From a bacterium (lineage in GTDB: Bacteria > Eisenbacteria > RBG-16-71-46), in contig JAYWEM010000136.1 of assembly GCA_043779265.1 (NCBI GenBank), positions 1 to 18,537 on the forward strand: a stretch of 18,537 bases of DNA, read 5' to 3'. Shown piece after piece: positions 1 to 8,994 of the stretch. Position numbers and translations under genes: made by a program. Position 1 is the stretch's first letter. Every line of letters starts with the position of its first letter. The notes beneath the pieces are model-generated. The model saw only the letters and a program-made list of their open reading frames with translations, made no database searches and was not told the origin of the DNA.

Positions 1-47
1 GCCCGCCCTTCTTCATGCGCGGAAACGTGCGCCGTCGGAACGATGCG

Positions 48-1247
48 TCAGCGAACGAGGATGACCGTCCGGGCCGACCGCTCGCCGCTGGCCGTCATCT
101 GCACGAAGTACGTGCCGGCCGGCAGTTGACGCGCCGCGAACTCGACGGAGTGCTCGCCCGCCTGCATCTCGCGGTCGACCAGCGTCTCGACCATCTGGCC
201 GGCGACGTTGTAGATGCGCATCTGCACATGGCCGGCGCGCGGCAGTGCATATCGCAGCGACGTGCGCGCGGTGAACGGGTTCGGGAACGCGCCGCGGAAC
301 GCCATCGTCCCCGTGACCGAGGCCTCGCTCACCGGACTCGGCGCATTCTGCGCGATCGCCGCGTTCAGCAGGCTCGGACGGTACGTGCCCGTGTAGGACT
401 GCATGCGCGTGGTCTGACCCGCGGAGAATTCATACATGCACGCATCGTCGGTGTAGTCCATGAAGTTGGTGATCGGATCGTTACCGGCCTGCGAGCACGT
501 GTTGCGGCCGGTCGGGCAGCCATAGGCGGGGCTGGCCTCGTACGCCGTGTCGTCGACCTGGTCGCCGGGCGAGACACAGCCACCCTGGAACGTGTGGTAG
601 AGACCGAGGTAGTGACCGACCTCATGCACGGCCGTACGGCCGAGGTCGTACGGAGCAAGGCCGCCGCCCGGCACCGACGCGTAGTGGCACACGACGCCGG
701 CACGGTAGTCCGACTCCGAGTAGGACCAAGGGAACGTCGCCCAGCCGAGCAGACCCTGCCCCGGCTTGCACGTGTAGAAGTTGAGCCGCGTCGCCGGCGT
801 CACCTTGAGCGCGTTCTTGGCATTGCGCTCGTTTCGCGAGCCCGGGGTCATCGTGAACCACTTGCTGTCGGCCGTGCGGCTCACGGAGGCGAGCGAGAAC
901 GTGAAGCCCGTGCCTGCGAAGTCGGAGTTCAACTTGGCGATCTGACCGTCGATGAGCGCCTGCGAGATGTTCCCCTCGCCCGAAGTCGGATGGTAGATCA
1001 CGTGGAACGCGACCTTGATGTTGCCGGTCGCCGCGGCGCGGTTCTCGTCGATGAAGCGCTGGACAGCGAGGGATGTGGCGTCCATCTCGAACCGCGTCGG
1101 CTCGGGGGACGAACAACGGTCCAGAATGCCCGACTTGATGCCCTTGGGCTTCTGGCCGCCGAACGGGGACTCGGCGCGGGCGGCCGAGACCATCGTGAGA
1201 GCCGCGACAGCGATCAAGATGGCACTGGCAAGGGGATGCCGCTTCAT
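48..1247 (-). CDS. Secreted M43 (pappalysin/ulilysin-type) zinc metalloprotease with C-terminal T9SS type A / FlgD-Ig-like domain
   Basis: Signal peptide MKRHPLASAILIAVAALTMVSAARA; prodomain Cys (DRCSS); LLGWATFPW; metzincin motif HEVGHYLGLYH; Met-turn NFMDY; C-terminal FPNPF...IYNVAGQMV...LPAGTYFV...VILVR; GGAGG RBS upstream of the ATG. Confidence 0.92.
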   Translation of the reverse strand: MKRHPLASAILIAVAALTMVSAARAESPFGGQKPKGIKSGILDRCSSPEPTRFEMDATSLAVQRFIDENRAAATGNIKVAFHVIYHPTSGEGNISQALIDGQIAKLNSDFAGTGFTFSLASVSRTADSKWFTMTPGSRNERNAKNALKVTPATRLNFYTCKPGQGLLGWATFPWSYSESDYRAGVVCHYASVPGGGLAPYDLGRTAVHEVGHYLGLYHTFQGGCVSPGDQVDDTAYEASPAYGCPTGRNTCSQAGNDPITNFMDYTDDACMYEFSAGQTTRMQSYTGTYRPSLLNAAIAQNAPSPVSEASVTGTMAFRGAFPNPFTARTSLRYALPRAGHVQMRIYNVAGQMVETLVDREMQAGEHSVEFAARQLPAGTYFVQMTASGERSARTVILVR

Positions 1248-1413
1248 TGGACTTCCTCCGTGTGGGACGAGATCCGACTCGTCTGGCTGCGGCTTCCCGA
1301 GTCGATCCGGACGACACGAGTCATGGCCCAGCCAGACGGGTCAAGAAGCTGTCAACATTGCCGGATGGAAGCAAGAAGAATCTTTCGGGTCGGCAGGCGC
1401 CGGGCCGATGCGC

Positions 1414-3366
1414 TCAGGCCGTGCGTACGTGCGGGGAGGCGAGTAGCTCGCGGACGCGATGAACCAGGGTCGCCGGCTGGAAGGGCTTCTGAAGGAACTC
1501 GGCCCCGTTCGGGATGATGCCCCGCCGGAGCATCGTGTCGTCGGGATAGCCGCTCACGAACAGCACACGCAGCTCGGGCTGGCGTCGTCGAAGCGTCTCG
1601 ACGAGTTCGCGCCCACCCATCCGTGGCATGACGACGTCCGTCACCACGAGATCGATCGGTTCGGCCTGCGCCTCGGCCAGCACCAGCGCCTCCCTCCCAT
1701 CGCCCGCACCGAGCACCGAGTGCCCATCGCGGCGAAGCGCCTCGAGCATGAGCCGACGCACACGAGGCTCATCCTCGACCAGAAGCACGCGCGCACGCAG
1801 TCGCGGCACGATCGGCTCGCTGTCGCACTCCTCCGCGATCGTCGAGGTCGATCCGGCCGTGTGCTCCGGCCACCGGATTCGAAAGTGTGTCCCGCGTCCT
1901 GGCTCGGACTCCACGATGACCTCGCCACCCCACTGCTCGGCGATCGCGTAGACGGCCGTCAGCCCGAGCCCCGATCCCGAATCCCCCTTGGTCGAGAAGA
2001 ACGGCTCGAAGATTCGAGCGCAGGTCTCCTCATCCATCCCGGCCCCATGGTCGCGCACGGCGAGCTCGAGCGTAGCCGCCGATCCGCTCAAGCCTTCGAT
2101 CCGGGAGACCGAGATCAGCAGGCCTCCACCCGTCGGCATCGCGTCCCTCGCGTTGAGGACGAGATTGAGCAGCAATTGCTGCAACTGGCCCGGGTCCCCG
2201 AGGACGCGCGAGCCTGCACCGGGGAGCTCGAGCTCGATGCCCCACTCCTCGCCCAGCATGCGGCGAAGGAGCGGCGTGCGAGCCGCCACTTCGGCCGCGA
2301 GATCGAGGGCCCTGAGCACCTCCGGGTCGCGGCGGCCCATGGACCGGAGCTGCGTGGTCAGGGCGGTGGCGTGCTCCAGAGTTTCTCTCAATCCTTCCGT
2401 CAGGGGCGCGAGTCGAGCGTCATCCGCGAGTTCGAACTCGAGCGCCTGCGTGAAACCGAGGAGCGCCGTGAAGACGTTGTTGAACTCGTGCGAGACGCCG
2501 CTGGCGAGTCGGCCGATGGCTTCCATCTTCTGTGTGTGTCGCAGACCCGCGGCTCTCTCGCGCAGTCGGTCTTCGGAGGCCACGCGCTCTGACACATCGA
2601 GTCCGCTCGCCACGATCCGGATCAATCGGCCGTTCTTCTCCCGCAGGGCCGCGAAGGTCCAACTGATCGGAGCGAGCGAGCCATCCGACTTCCGAGCGCG
2701 GATCTCGGTGGCGCTCGAGGAGCGGCCGGATCCGACTCTCTGGATCAGGATCCCAGCCAGCGCCTGATCGTTGGAATCGGCGAAGTGGCTGGCGAATGGA
2801 CGCCCCACGAGTGTGTGGGCGGGCGCGCCGAGCAGCGTCTCGCAAGCTCGATTGGCCCGTTGGATCGTGCCCTCTCGGTCGAGCAGCACCACCATCATCT
2901 CGCTCGTCTCGAGGATCGCGTCGGCCAGGTCACGCTGCTCGCGCAATGCCTGCTCGGCCGACTTCTCGGCCGAGACATCGAACAGGAGCCCTCGCGATCG
3001 CGGCTGTCCGAGCGGATCGCGGTCGACGCGTACTCGGTCGCGAATCCAGTGCTCGCCGCCGTCGGATCCGATGAGCCGATACTCGAGGACATGCGACTCG
3101 CCGCGCGCGATCGCCGCCTCATGACGACGCAGAACCCAGGCACGATCGTCGGGGTGGATGATCGCGGCCCACGCGATGGGCTCGCGCCAAGAAGCGGTGG
3201 GACGGCCGAGGAGCCGCGCAGCACCCGAGCTGCACACGCGCGAATCGGGGTCGCTCTCATCCGCCATCCAGACGATGGCGTCGATATCCTCGAGCATCTC
3301 GCGTGTCACCGCTGCTTCTTGCAGCGGCTGGGCGAACATGCCCAAGTCGGCCGAGGGGTCGGTCAA
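1414..3366 (-). CDS. Cytoplasmic PAS-PAS hybrid sensor histidine kinase/response regulator
   Basis: PAS motifs (IHPDDR...EYRL...WIRD); H-box QKMEAIGRLASGVSHEFNN; N-box NLVLNARDAM; DHGAGMD, IFEPFFSTK, GSGLGL; receiver VLLVEDE...TDVVMP...FLQKPF. Start uncertain (TTG 3366 or ATG 3339). Confidence 0.93.
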   Translation of the reverse strand: MTDPSADLGMFAQPLQEAAVTREMLEDIDAIVWMADESDPDSRVCSSGAARLLGRPTASWREPIAWAAIIHPDDRAWVLRRHEAAIARGESHVLEYRLIGSDGGEHWIRDRVRVDRDPLGQPRSRGLLFDVSAEKSAEQALREQRDLADAILETSEMMVVLLDREGTIQRANRACETLLGAPAHTLVGRPFASHFADSNDQALAGILIQRVGSGRSSSATEIRARKSDGSLAPISWTFAALREKNGRLIRIVASGLDVSERVASEDRLRERAAGLRHTQKMEAIGRLASGVSHEFNNVFTALLGFTQALEFELADDARLAPLTEGLRETLEHATALTTQLRSMGRRDPEVLRALDLAAEVAARTPLLRRMLGEEWGIELELPGAGSRVLGDPGQLQQLLLNLVLNARDAMPTGGGLLISVSRIEGLSGSAATLELAVRDHGAGMDEETCARIFEPFFSTKGDSGSGLGLTAVYAIAEQWGGEVIVESEPGRGTHFRIRWPEHTAGSTSTIAEECDSEPIVPRLRARVLLVEDEPRVRRLMLEALRRDGHSVLGAGDGREALVLAEAQAEPIDLVVTDVVMPRMGGRELVETLRRRQPELRVLFVSGYPDDTMLRRGIIPNGAEFLQKPFQPATLVHRVRELLASPHVRTA

Positions 3367-3505
3367 CGTGCCTTCCGTGGCAAGGGGCCCGGGTACGGCA
3401 CTCCGGCCGTTCCCGCACGGTCACGTCACAACCGACCGCTCGCGCATCCTAGCGCGGGCCGACTGCGCGGGGCCAGCGGAGATCGCACCCAACGGAACTC
3501 GGCTC

Positions 3506-3880
3506 CTACTCGCTCCGTGCCGCCGCGGGACGGGCGAGCGAGAACGCCGCCCACAGCCAGGCGAGTAGCCAGACGAATCCGCCGAGGGGCGTGATCATGC
3601 CGAACATGCGCTGGCCGCTCAGCACGAGCGCGTAGAGGCTGCCGCTGAACAAGACGGTCCCGAGCAACATCAGTGAGCTCGCATGCACCAGCCGGGCATG
3701 CGTCCTCGCATGAAGCTCCAGCACGAGCACGGCGAGCGCGTGGAAAATCTGATAGCGCGCAGCGGTCTCGAACGCTGCCAAGCGAGCGGGCTCGACGGAC
3801 TCCTTCAGCGCATGGGCGCCGAAGGCGCCTGCCGCCACGGCGATCAGGGCGGACAGCGCCGCCAGCGAAGCTCGGTTCAT
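3506..3880 (-). CDS. DUF423 / YgdD / TMEM256 family small membrane protein (124 aa)
   Basis: VAAGAFGAHAL, FETAARYQIFHAL, GTVLFSGSLYAL, ITPLGG. The true start is ATG 3880, overlapping the upstream stop as ATGA; the ORF-track N-terminal extension is spurious. Confidence 0.92.
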   Translation of the reverse strand: MNRASLAALSALIAVAAGAFGAHALKESVEPARLAAFETAARYQIFHALAVLVLELHARTHARLVHASSLMLLGTVLFSGSLYALVLSGQRMFGMITPLGGFVWLLAWLWAAFSLARPAAARSE

Positions 3881-4806
3881 CGTCGGGTCCTCGGGGTTCT
3901 GGTGGATGGGCGGAACAGTTGTTCGCGCGCGGTCCGGATCATCTCCAGGACGGCCGGATGCTCCAGCCGGCGTTCGACCGTGATCGCGTGGAATCGCTCG
4001 TGCACTCCCTGGATCGGCGCGATGGAGACCAGCCCATGTTGCCGTCGCACCTCGGAGGCGATGACGGATGCGACCGGCAGCAATCCCATGCCCTCGCCGC
4101 CCAGCACCTCGGCGAGCGCGCTGTCGTCGACCTCGGCGACCACGACCGGATGGAGACGCTCGCGGTCGAACCAGGCATCGAGCGACCTGCGCAACGCCGT
4201 CCCTGGCGCCGGGAGCACCACGGGCGCTCCCTCGAGCGATGCGGGGAAGCCGCGCCGGTGCCTCCTCGCGAGTGCCGGCGACGCGCACCAATCCACACCG
4301 GTCTCGCCGAGCAGATGGCTGAACGCCCGCACCGATGCGGTGGCCTGTGCGGGCGCATCCGAGAGGACCACGTCATGGTCGTGGGTCACCAATCCCGCCA
4401 GCAGTCGGTCGTGCGTGCCTTCTCGCACTTCGAGTCGCAACGAGGGCCGCAGCCCCAGAGAGGCGCGCAGCAATCGGAACGCGACTCGCTTGGGCACGCT
4501 GTCCACGATTCCAACTCGAAGTCGCACCGGCTGGCCGGTCGGCCGATCACGAAGCGAGGAGGCCAGCTCATCGCCGAGCGCGAAGATCCCATCGGCGTAG
4601 CCGTGGACCATGCGGCCCGTCTCGGTCAGGACGAGTCTCCGCCCCTGACGCTCGAACAGAGCGTGTCCCAGGTCCTGCTCCAGAAGCCGAAGCTGGCCGC
4701 TGATCGTCGGCTGGGCCAGTTTCAAGCGTTCGGCCGCCCGTGCGACGCCCCCTTCGCGCACGACGGTCCAGAAGTAGAGCAGATGGTGGTAGTTGAGGCG
4801 TTGCAT
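3877..4806 (-). CDS. nhaR: LysR-family transcriptional activator, NhaR-like
   Basis: LNYHHLLYFWTVVREGGVARAAERLKLAQPTISGQLRLLE HTH; LRVGIVDSVPK; FSHLLGET; FHAITVERRLEHPAV are characteristic of the NhaR subfamily. Confidence 0.88.
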   Translation of the reverse strand: MQRLNYHHLLYFWTVVREGGVARAAERLKLAQPTISGQLRLLEQDLGHALFERQGRRLVLTETGRMVHGYADGIFALGDELASSLRDRPTGQPVRLRVGIVDSVPKRVAFRLLRASLGLRPSLRLEVREGTHDRLLAGLVTHDHDVVLSDAPAQATASVRAFSHLLGETGVDWCASPALARRHRRGFPASLEGAPVVLPAPGTALRRSLDAWFDRERLHPVVVAEVDDSALAEVLGGEGMGLLPVASVIASEVRRQHGLVSIAPIQGVHERFHAITVERRLEHPAVLEMIRTAREQLFRPSTRTPRTRR

Positions 4807-4812
4807 GCCGAC

Positions 4813-4841
4813 ACGCTACATCGGTTTTCCCGATGGGTCAC
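4813..4841 (-). promoter_or_regulatory. Putative sigma70 promoter of nhaR (-35 GTGACC, 17 bp spacer, -10 TAGCGT), probably leaderless
   Basis: Minus strand reads GTGACC-catcgggaaaaccgatg-TAGCGT-gtcggc-ATG; there is no SD before the ATG. Confidence 0.55.
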
Positions 4842-4856
4842 GGTCGATCTATCTTA
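4819..4856. promoter_or_regulatory. LysR-type operator: dyad CATCGG-N5-CCGATG (T-N11-A) plus a second degenerate T-N11-A site
   Basis: Perfect 6 bp inverted repeat at 4819-4835 with T4821-N11-A4833; TCGATCTATCTTA at 4844-4856 lies toward terC. Confidence 0.7.
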
Positions 4857-4930
4857 TTTCCAAGTCAACGTCCCCGGATGGACACTGCGCGCGTCGCCCC
4901 ACCCCATCCGCTCATCCTGAGGATCCCAAC

Positions 4931-5872
4931 GTGGTCGAGAGCATCGGCACTCCGTGGCTGTGGACCGTCTTCGGCGTCATCGTCTTCTCGCTCCTCGCGC
5001 TCGACCTGGGCGTGTTCCATCGCAAGACCCATGTCATCGGCTTCAAGGAGGCCGTGGGCTGGAGCATCTTCTGGATCGCGCTCTCGTTGGTGTTCGGCGC
5101 GTGGATCACGTGGCAGTTCGGCACTCAGAAGGGCGCCGAGTTCCTGACGGGTTATGTGATCGAGAAGGCGCTGTCGGTCGACAACGTCTTCCTGTTCATC
5201 TTGATCTTCTCGGGCTTCGCCGTTCCGCCGCAGTACCAGCACCGCGTGCTGTTCTGGGGCGTGTTCGGCGCCCTGCTGATGCGAGGCATCTTCATCTTCG
5301 CGGGAGCAGCGGCGCTCGAACGCTGGCACTGGGTGCTCTACGTGTTCGGCGGGCTCCTGCTGGTCACGGGGATCCGGCTGCTCTGGGCCTCGGACGAGGC
5401 CGAGCACCCGGAGCGGAACCCGATGTTCCGCCTGTTCCAACGGCTGATCCCCAGCACCAGCACGTACCACGGCAGCTCATTCTGGGTCCGCGAGGGCGGG
5501 CGTTGGCTGGCCACTCCGCTCCTGACCGTACTCGTCCTGGTCGAGATCACCGACCTCGTGTTCGCGGTCGACTCGATTCCCGCCATCTTCGCGATCACAC
5601 GCGACCCGTTCATCGTGATGACCTCGAACGTGTTCGCGATCCTCGGACTGCGCGCCCTCTACTTCTGCCTTGCCGGCTTCGTCCACAAGCTCCGCTACCT
5701 GAAGCTGGGACTGGCCTGGGTGCTGATCTTCGTCGCGGCGAAGATGCTGCTGTCCGAGTTCTACAAGATCCCGGTCGGCCTCTCGCTCGCCGTCGTCATG
5801 CTGATCCTGACGGTCTCGGTCGTCACCTCGCTCATGGCGCCGCCCAAGCCCGAACCGGACGGGCACGCCTAA
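4931..5872 (+). CDS. TerC/Alx family integral membrane protein (metal/pH homeostasis)
   Basis: EFLTGYVIEKALSVDNVFLF, QHRVLFWGVFGALLMRGIFI, TDLVFAVDSIPAIFAIT.DPFIVMTSNVFAILGLRALYF; GTG start at 4931 preceded by GAGGA. Confidence 0.95.
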   Translation: MVESIGTPWLWTVFGVIVFSLLALDLGVFHRKTHVIGFKEAVGWSIFWIALSLVFGAWITWQFGTQKGAEFLTGYVIEKALSVDNVFLFILIFSGFAVPPQYQHRVLFWGVFGALLMRGIFIFAGAAALERWHWVLYVFGGLLLVTGIRLLWASDEAEHPERNPMFRLFQRLIPSTSTYHGSSFWVREGGRWLATPLLTVLVLVEITDLVFAVDSIPAIFAITRDPFIVMTSNVFAILGLRALYFCLAGFVHKLRYLKLGLAWVLIFVAAKMLLSEFYKIPVGLSLAVVMLILTVSVVTSLMAPPKPEPDGHA

Positions 5873-6061
5873 ATGACTTTCTGTGATTCGGCATCAGGCG
5901 ACGAGCAGGAGCCGTCGCTGGATGTCGAAGCGTTCGGCGAGGTAGCCGTGGACCTGCTCCGGCAGCGCCTCGGTGGTACGGTTGCGATGGTTCCGCGTCA
6001 CGTTGGCGTGCAGGTCGAGGCGCGTCGCCGGGCACCACGAACGCGACGGCCGAAGGAGTGA
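5873..6061 (+). other. Short ORF (62 aa), possibly the 3' remnant of a gene upstream of the primase-helicase
   Basis: Begins immediately after the terC stop with no RBS; ends in a basic tail whose last codons contain the AAGGAG SD of the next gene; no recognisable motif. Confidence 0.3.
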
Positions 6062-6067
6062 TGCCCG

Positions 6068-8620
6068 ATGAAGGCCCGGGACGAGCCCCCGAACTCGAAA
6101 TCGCCTCCTCGTCGCCGAACGCTGGAGGGCGAGATTGCGAAGGAGGAGATGAGTCTTCGTCGGCTCGAAGCCGAACAGGTTGAAGCAAAGGCTCGCCTCT
6201 CCGCGCTGCAGAACGACCTCGCCGCCCTGGACGTCGCGCCCGCCCCGGTGCGTGAGCCAGTCACGTCGCTCGCCGATGGGCCGCGCACGCCGGCCGACAA
6301 GGTGAAGCTGTTTCGTCAGCTCTTCCGCGGCCGGCCGGACCTCTACCCGACGCGCTTCGTCAGCAAGAAGACGGGGAAGCCCGGCTACGCCCCGGCCTGC
6401 TCGAACAAGTTCGTCGCGGGTGTCTGCGAGCTGCCGAAGGTGAAGTGCGGCGACTGCACGAAGCAGGCGTTTCGCCCCTTCGACGATGCCGCCGTGTTCG
6501 CACACCTCAAGGGCCAGCACGTCATGGGCGTCTACGCCATGCTCGACGATGAGACCTGCTGGTTCCTCGCGGTCGACTTCGACAAGGGCACCTGGACCGA
6601 GGACGCTCGCGCCTTCGTGGAGACGTCTCGCCGCCTCGGACTGCCGGCGGTGGTCGAACGCTCGCGGTCTGGCAACGGCGCCCATGTCTGGTTCTTCTTC
6701 TCGGCGCCGGTCGCGGCCTCGACGGCACGGAAGTTGGGCTGCCAGCTCATCACGGAAACGATGGCCCAAAGGCACGAACTCAGCATGGATTCGTACGACC
6801 GCCTTTTCCCGAGCCAGGACACGATGCCGCGTGGCGGCTTCGGGAACCTGATCGCGCTGCCCCTCCAGCAAGGCCCTCGCCAAGAGGGCAACTCGGTGTT
6901 CCTCGACGACAACTTCGTCGCGCTCCCGGACGATCAGCAGTGGGCGTTCCTCGCGTCCATCAAGCGCATCGATCCGATGACGGTCGAGAGGATCGCTTCC
7001 GAGGCCACCCGCACGGGAAGTGTCGTGGGCCTGCGCCTCGCCGACGTGACGGACGAGGATGATGCCACGCCGTGGACTCGCATGCCCTCGGGGAAGCCGC
7101 GTGCGCCGCGCTTCACCGAACCGCTGCCCAAACGCGTCTCTGCCGTCCTCGCCGAACGCCTCTTCCTCGAGAAGGCCGGCCTCCCGTCGCCGCTCCTGAA
7201 CCAGACAAAGCGCCTCGCCGCCTTCCAGAACCCCGAGTTCTACAAGAAGCAGAGCATGCGCCTCTCCACCGCGATGACGCCGCGTGTGATCAGCTGCGCG
7301 GAGGACCGCCCGCAGCATGTGGCGTTGCCGCGCGGCTGCCGGCCCGAGCTCGAGGAGCTGCTGCGCGCGCATGGCGTGGCCCTGGATGTGGAGGACCAGC
7401 GGACGCAAGGCGCTCCACTCGAGCTGCGCTTCCAGGGCGCGCTGACCGCGGTTCAGGAACAGGCTGCGCGAGCGCTCGTCGCTCACGACACCGGCGTCTT
7501 CGTCGCCCCGCCTGGTATCGGCAAGACCGTCATCGGGACGTACCTCGTCGCCGCGCGCGCATGCAGCACGTTGGTTCTGGTCCACCGCAGGCCTCTGCTC
7601 GACCAGTGGATCGCCCAGCTCTCCGTCTTCCTCGGCATCGAGCCGAAGGAGATCGGGCAGATCGGAGCTGGCAAGAAGACTGGAAACGGCCGACTCGACG
7701 TGGCGATGATCCAGAGCCTCGTCCGCAAGGACTCCGTCGCCGACCTGGTCGCGGGATACGGTCAGGTGATCGTCGACGAGTGCCACCACCTGCCGGCGGT
7801 GTCGTTCGAGCGCGATCTCTCGGAGGTCAAGGCTCGCTATGTCGTCGGACTCACGGCGACGCCACTGCGCCGCGATGGGCATCACCCGATCACGCAGATG
7901 CAGCTCGGCCCGGTGCGCTTCTCGGTCGATGCCAGGACGCAGGCAGGAAGGCGCCCATTCGAGCACCGCCTCATCGTGCGGGAGACCGCGTTCCGTATGT
8001 CCGGCTCCGAGGAAGCCCCGGGCATTCAGGAGATCTACGCCGGCCTTGCCAGGGACGAGCTGCGGAACCAGATGATCCTGAACGACGTGATTCGCGCGCT
8101 CGAAGACGGGCGCTCCCCTCTCCTGCTGACCGAGCGCAAGGACCACCTCGAGTACTTCGCGACCCGCCTCGAGCGCGTAGCCCGCCACCTCGTCGTCCTC
8201 CAGGGCGGGATGGGGGCCAAGGCTCACCGCGCCGTCGGGGCGCAGCTCGCGGCCATCCCCGCGAACGAGGAGCGGCTCGTGCTCGCGACCGGACGATAAA
8301 TCGGTGAAGGCTTCGACGACGCGCGCCTCGACACGCTGTTCCTTGCGATGCCCGTGTCGTGGAAGGGCACCCTCGTGCAGTACACGGGGCGGCTTCACCG
8401 CCTGCACCCCGGCAAGAGCGAGGTCCGGATCTTCGACTACGTGGACCGCGAGGTGCCGATGCTGCTGCGCATGTTCGAGAAGCGACTGCGCGGCTACCGA
8501 GCGATCGGCTACGCACGCGGCGAGGCGCCGCTCGGGTACGCCGAGCCAAGCGACGACCGCGTGATCGAATACGACGAGGACGTCCTCGCTGCCCTCGACC
8601 AGCAGGACGACTTCGCATGA
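6068..8620 (+). pseudogene. AEP-type primase (TOTE-conflict-like) fused to an SF2 DExH (ResIII/XPB-like) helicase; 850 codons interrupted by an in-frame TAA at 8297-8299
   Basis: AEP motifs FLAVDFD, ERSRSGNGAHVW, GNLIALPLQ; Cys cluster C-x9-C-x6-C-x2-C; Walker A APPGIGKT, DECHH, LTAT. After the stop the same frame continues IGEGFDDARLDTLFL...QYTGRLHR...IFDYVD (motifs V/VI) to TGA 8620. Confidence 0.88.
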
Positions 8621-8994
8621 AAGACCCGACCGTCATGAAGCGAGCAGCGACGACGAAGACCCGCGGCACCCGGACGCCGACCCGCCTCAGCAAGGAAAGG
8701 CTCGCCGAAATGATCGAGGAAGCCACGGTCGATGCCTACGACGACTCGGAGCAGGCCACCGGCTGGTTCACGATGTTCGAGGAGCATGTCGAACTTCCCT
8801 TCGAGACGAAGGTGCTCGGCGCCACCGTCACCGTCGCCAGCATCGACCTCCGCGACAGCGGCCAGATCGTCGCCATCTGCACGCGCGGTCGGGACCGCCA
8901 GGCGATCGCCCTCGTGGATCTTCCGCTGCCGTCGCCGAAGCCGGCCGGCACCGATTGGATCGAGGCCTACCGATACTGGCTGAGTCGAAGGTGA
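8617..8994 (+). CDS. CcbP-like ('calcium-binding protein') family protein, about 125 aa
   Basis: MIEEATVDAYDDSEQATGW...LPFETKVLG...WIEAYRYW resembles the CcbP family; ATG 8617 overlaps the helicase TGA as ATGA; alternative start at 8635. Confidence 0.75.
   Translation: MKDPTVMKRAATTKTRGTRTPTRLSKERLAEMIEEATVDAYDDSEQATGWFTMFEEHVELPFETKVLGATVTVASIDLRDSGQIVAICTRGRDRQAIALVDLPLPSPKPAGTDWIEAYRYWLSRR

Noticed and set aside
15..1517. 500 aa plus-strand ORF
   Set aside because: Arg-rich antisense shadow of the M43 protease
5860..6067. att site or integron attC at the left border
   Set aside because: No copy of the tRNA 3' end; GCCTAAA is not a proper RYYYAAC box with a matching partner; no integrase
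8297..8299. Stop-codon recoding or programmed readthrough
   Set aside because: The codon is TAA, not TGA or TAG; TAA works as a normal stop for terC; a point mutation or assembly error is simpler
5894..8407. 837 aa minus-strand ORF
   Set aside because: Antisense shadow of the primase-helicase; no motifs; typical of high-GC codon bias
8348..8620. 90 aa ORF as an independent gene
   Set aside because: In frame with 6068-8299 and encodes helicase motif VI, so it is the tail of the interrupted gene
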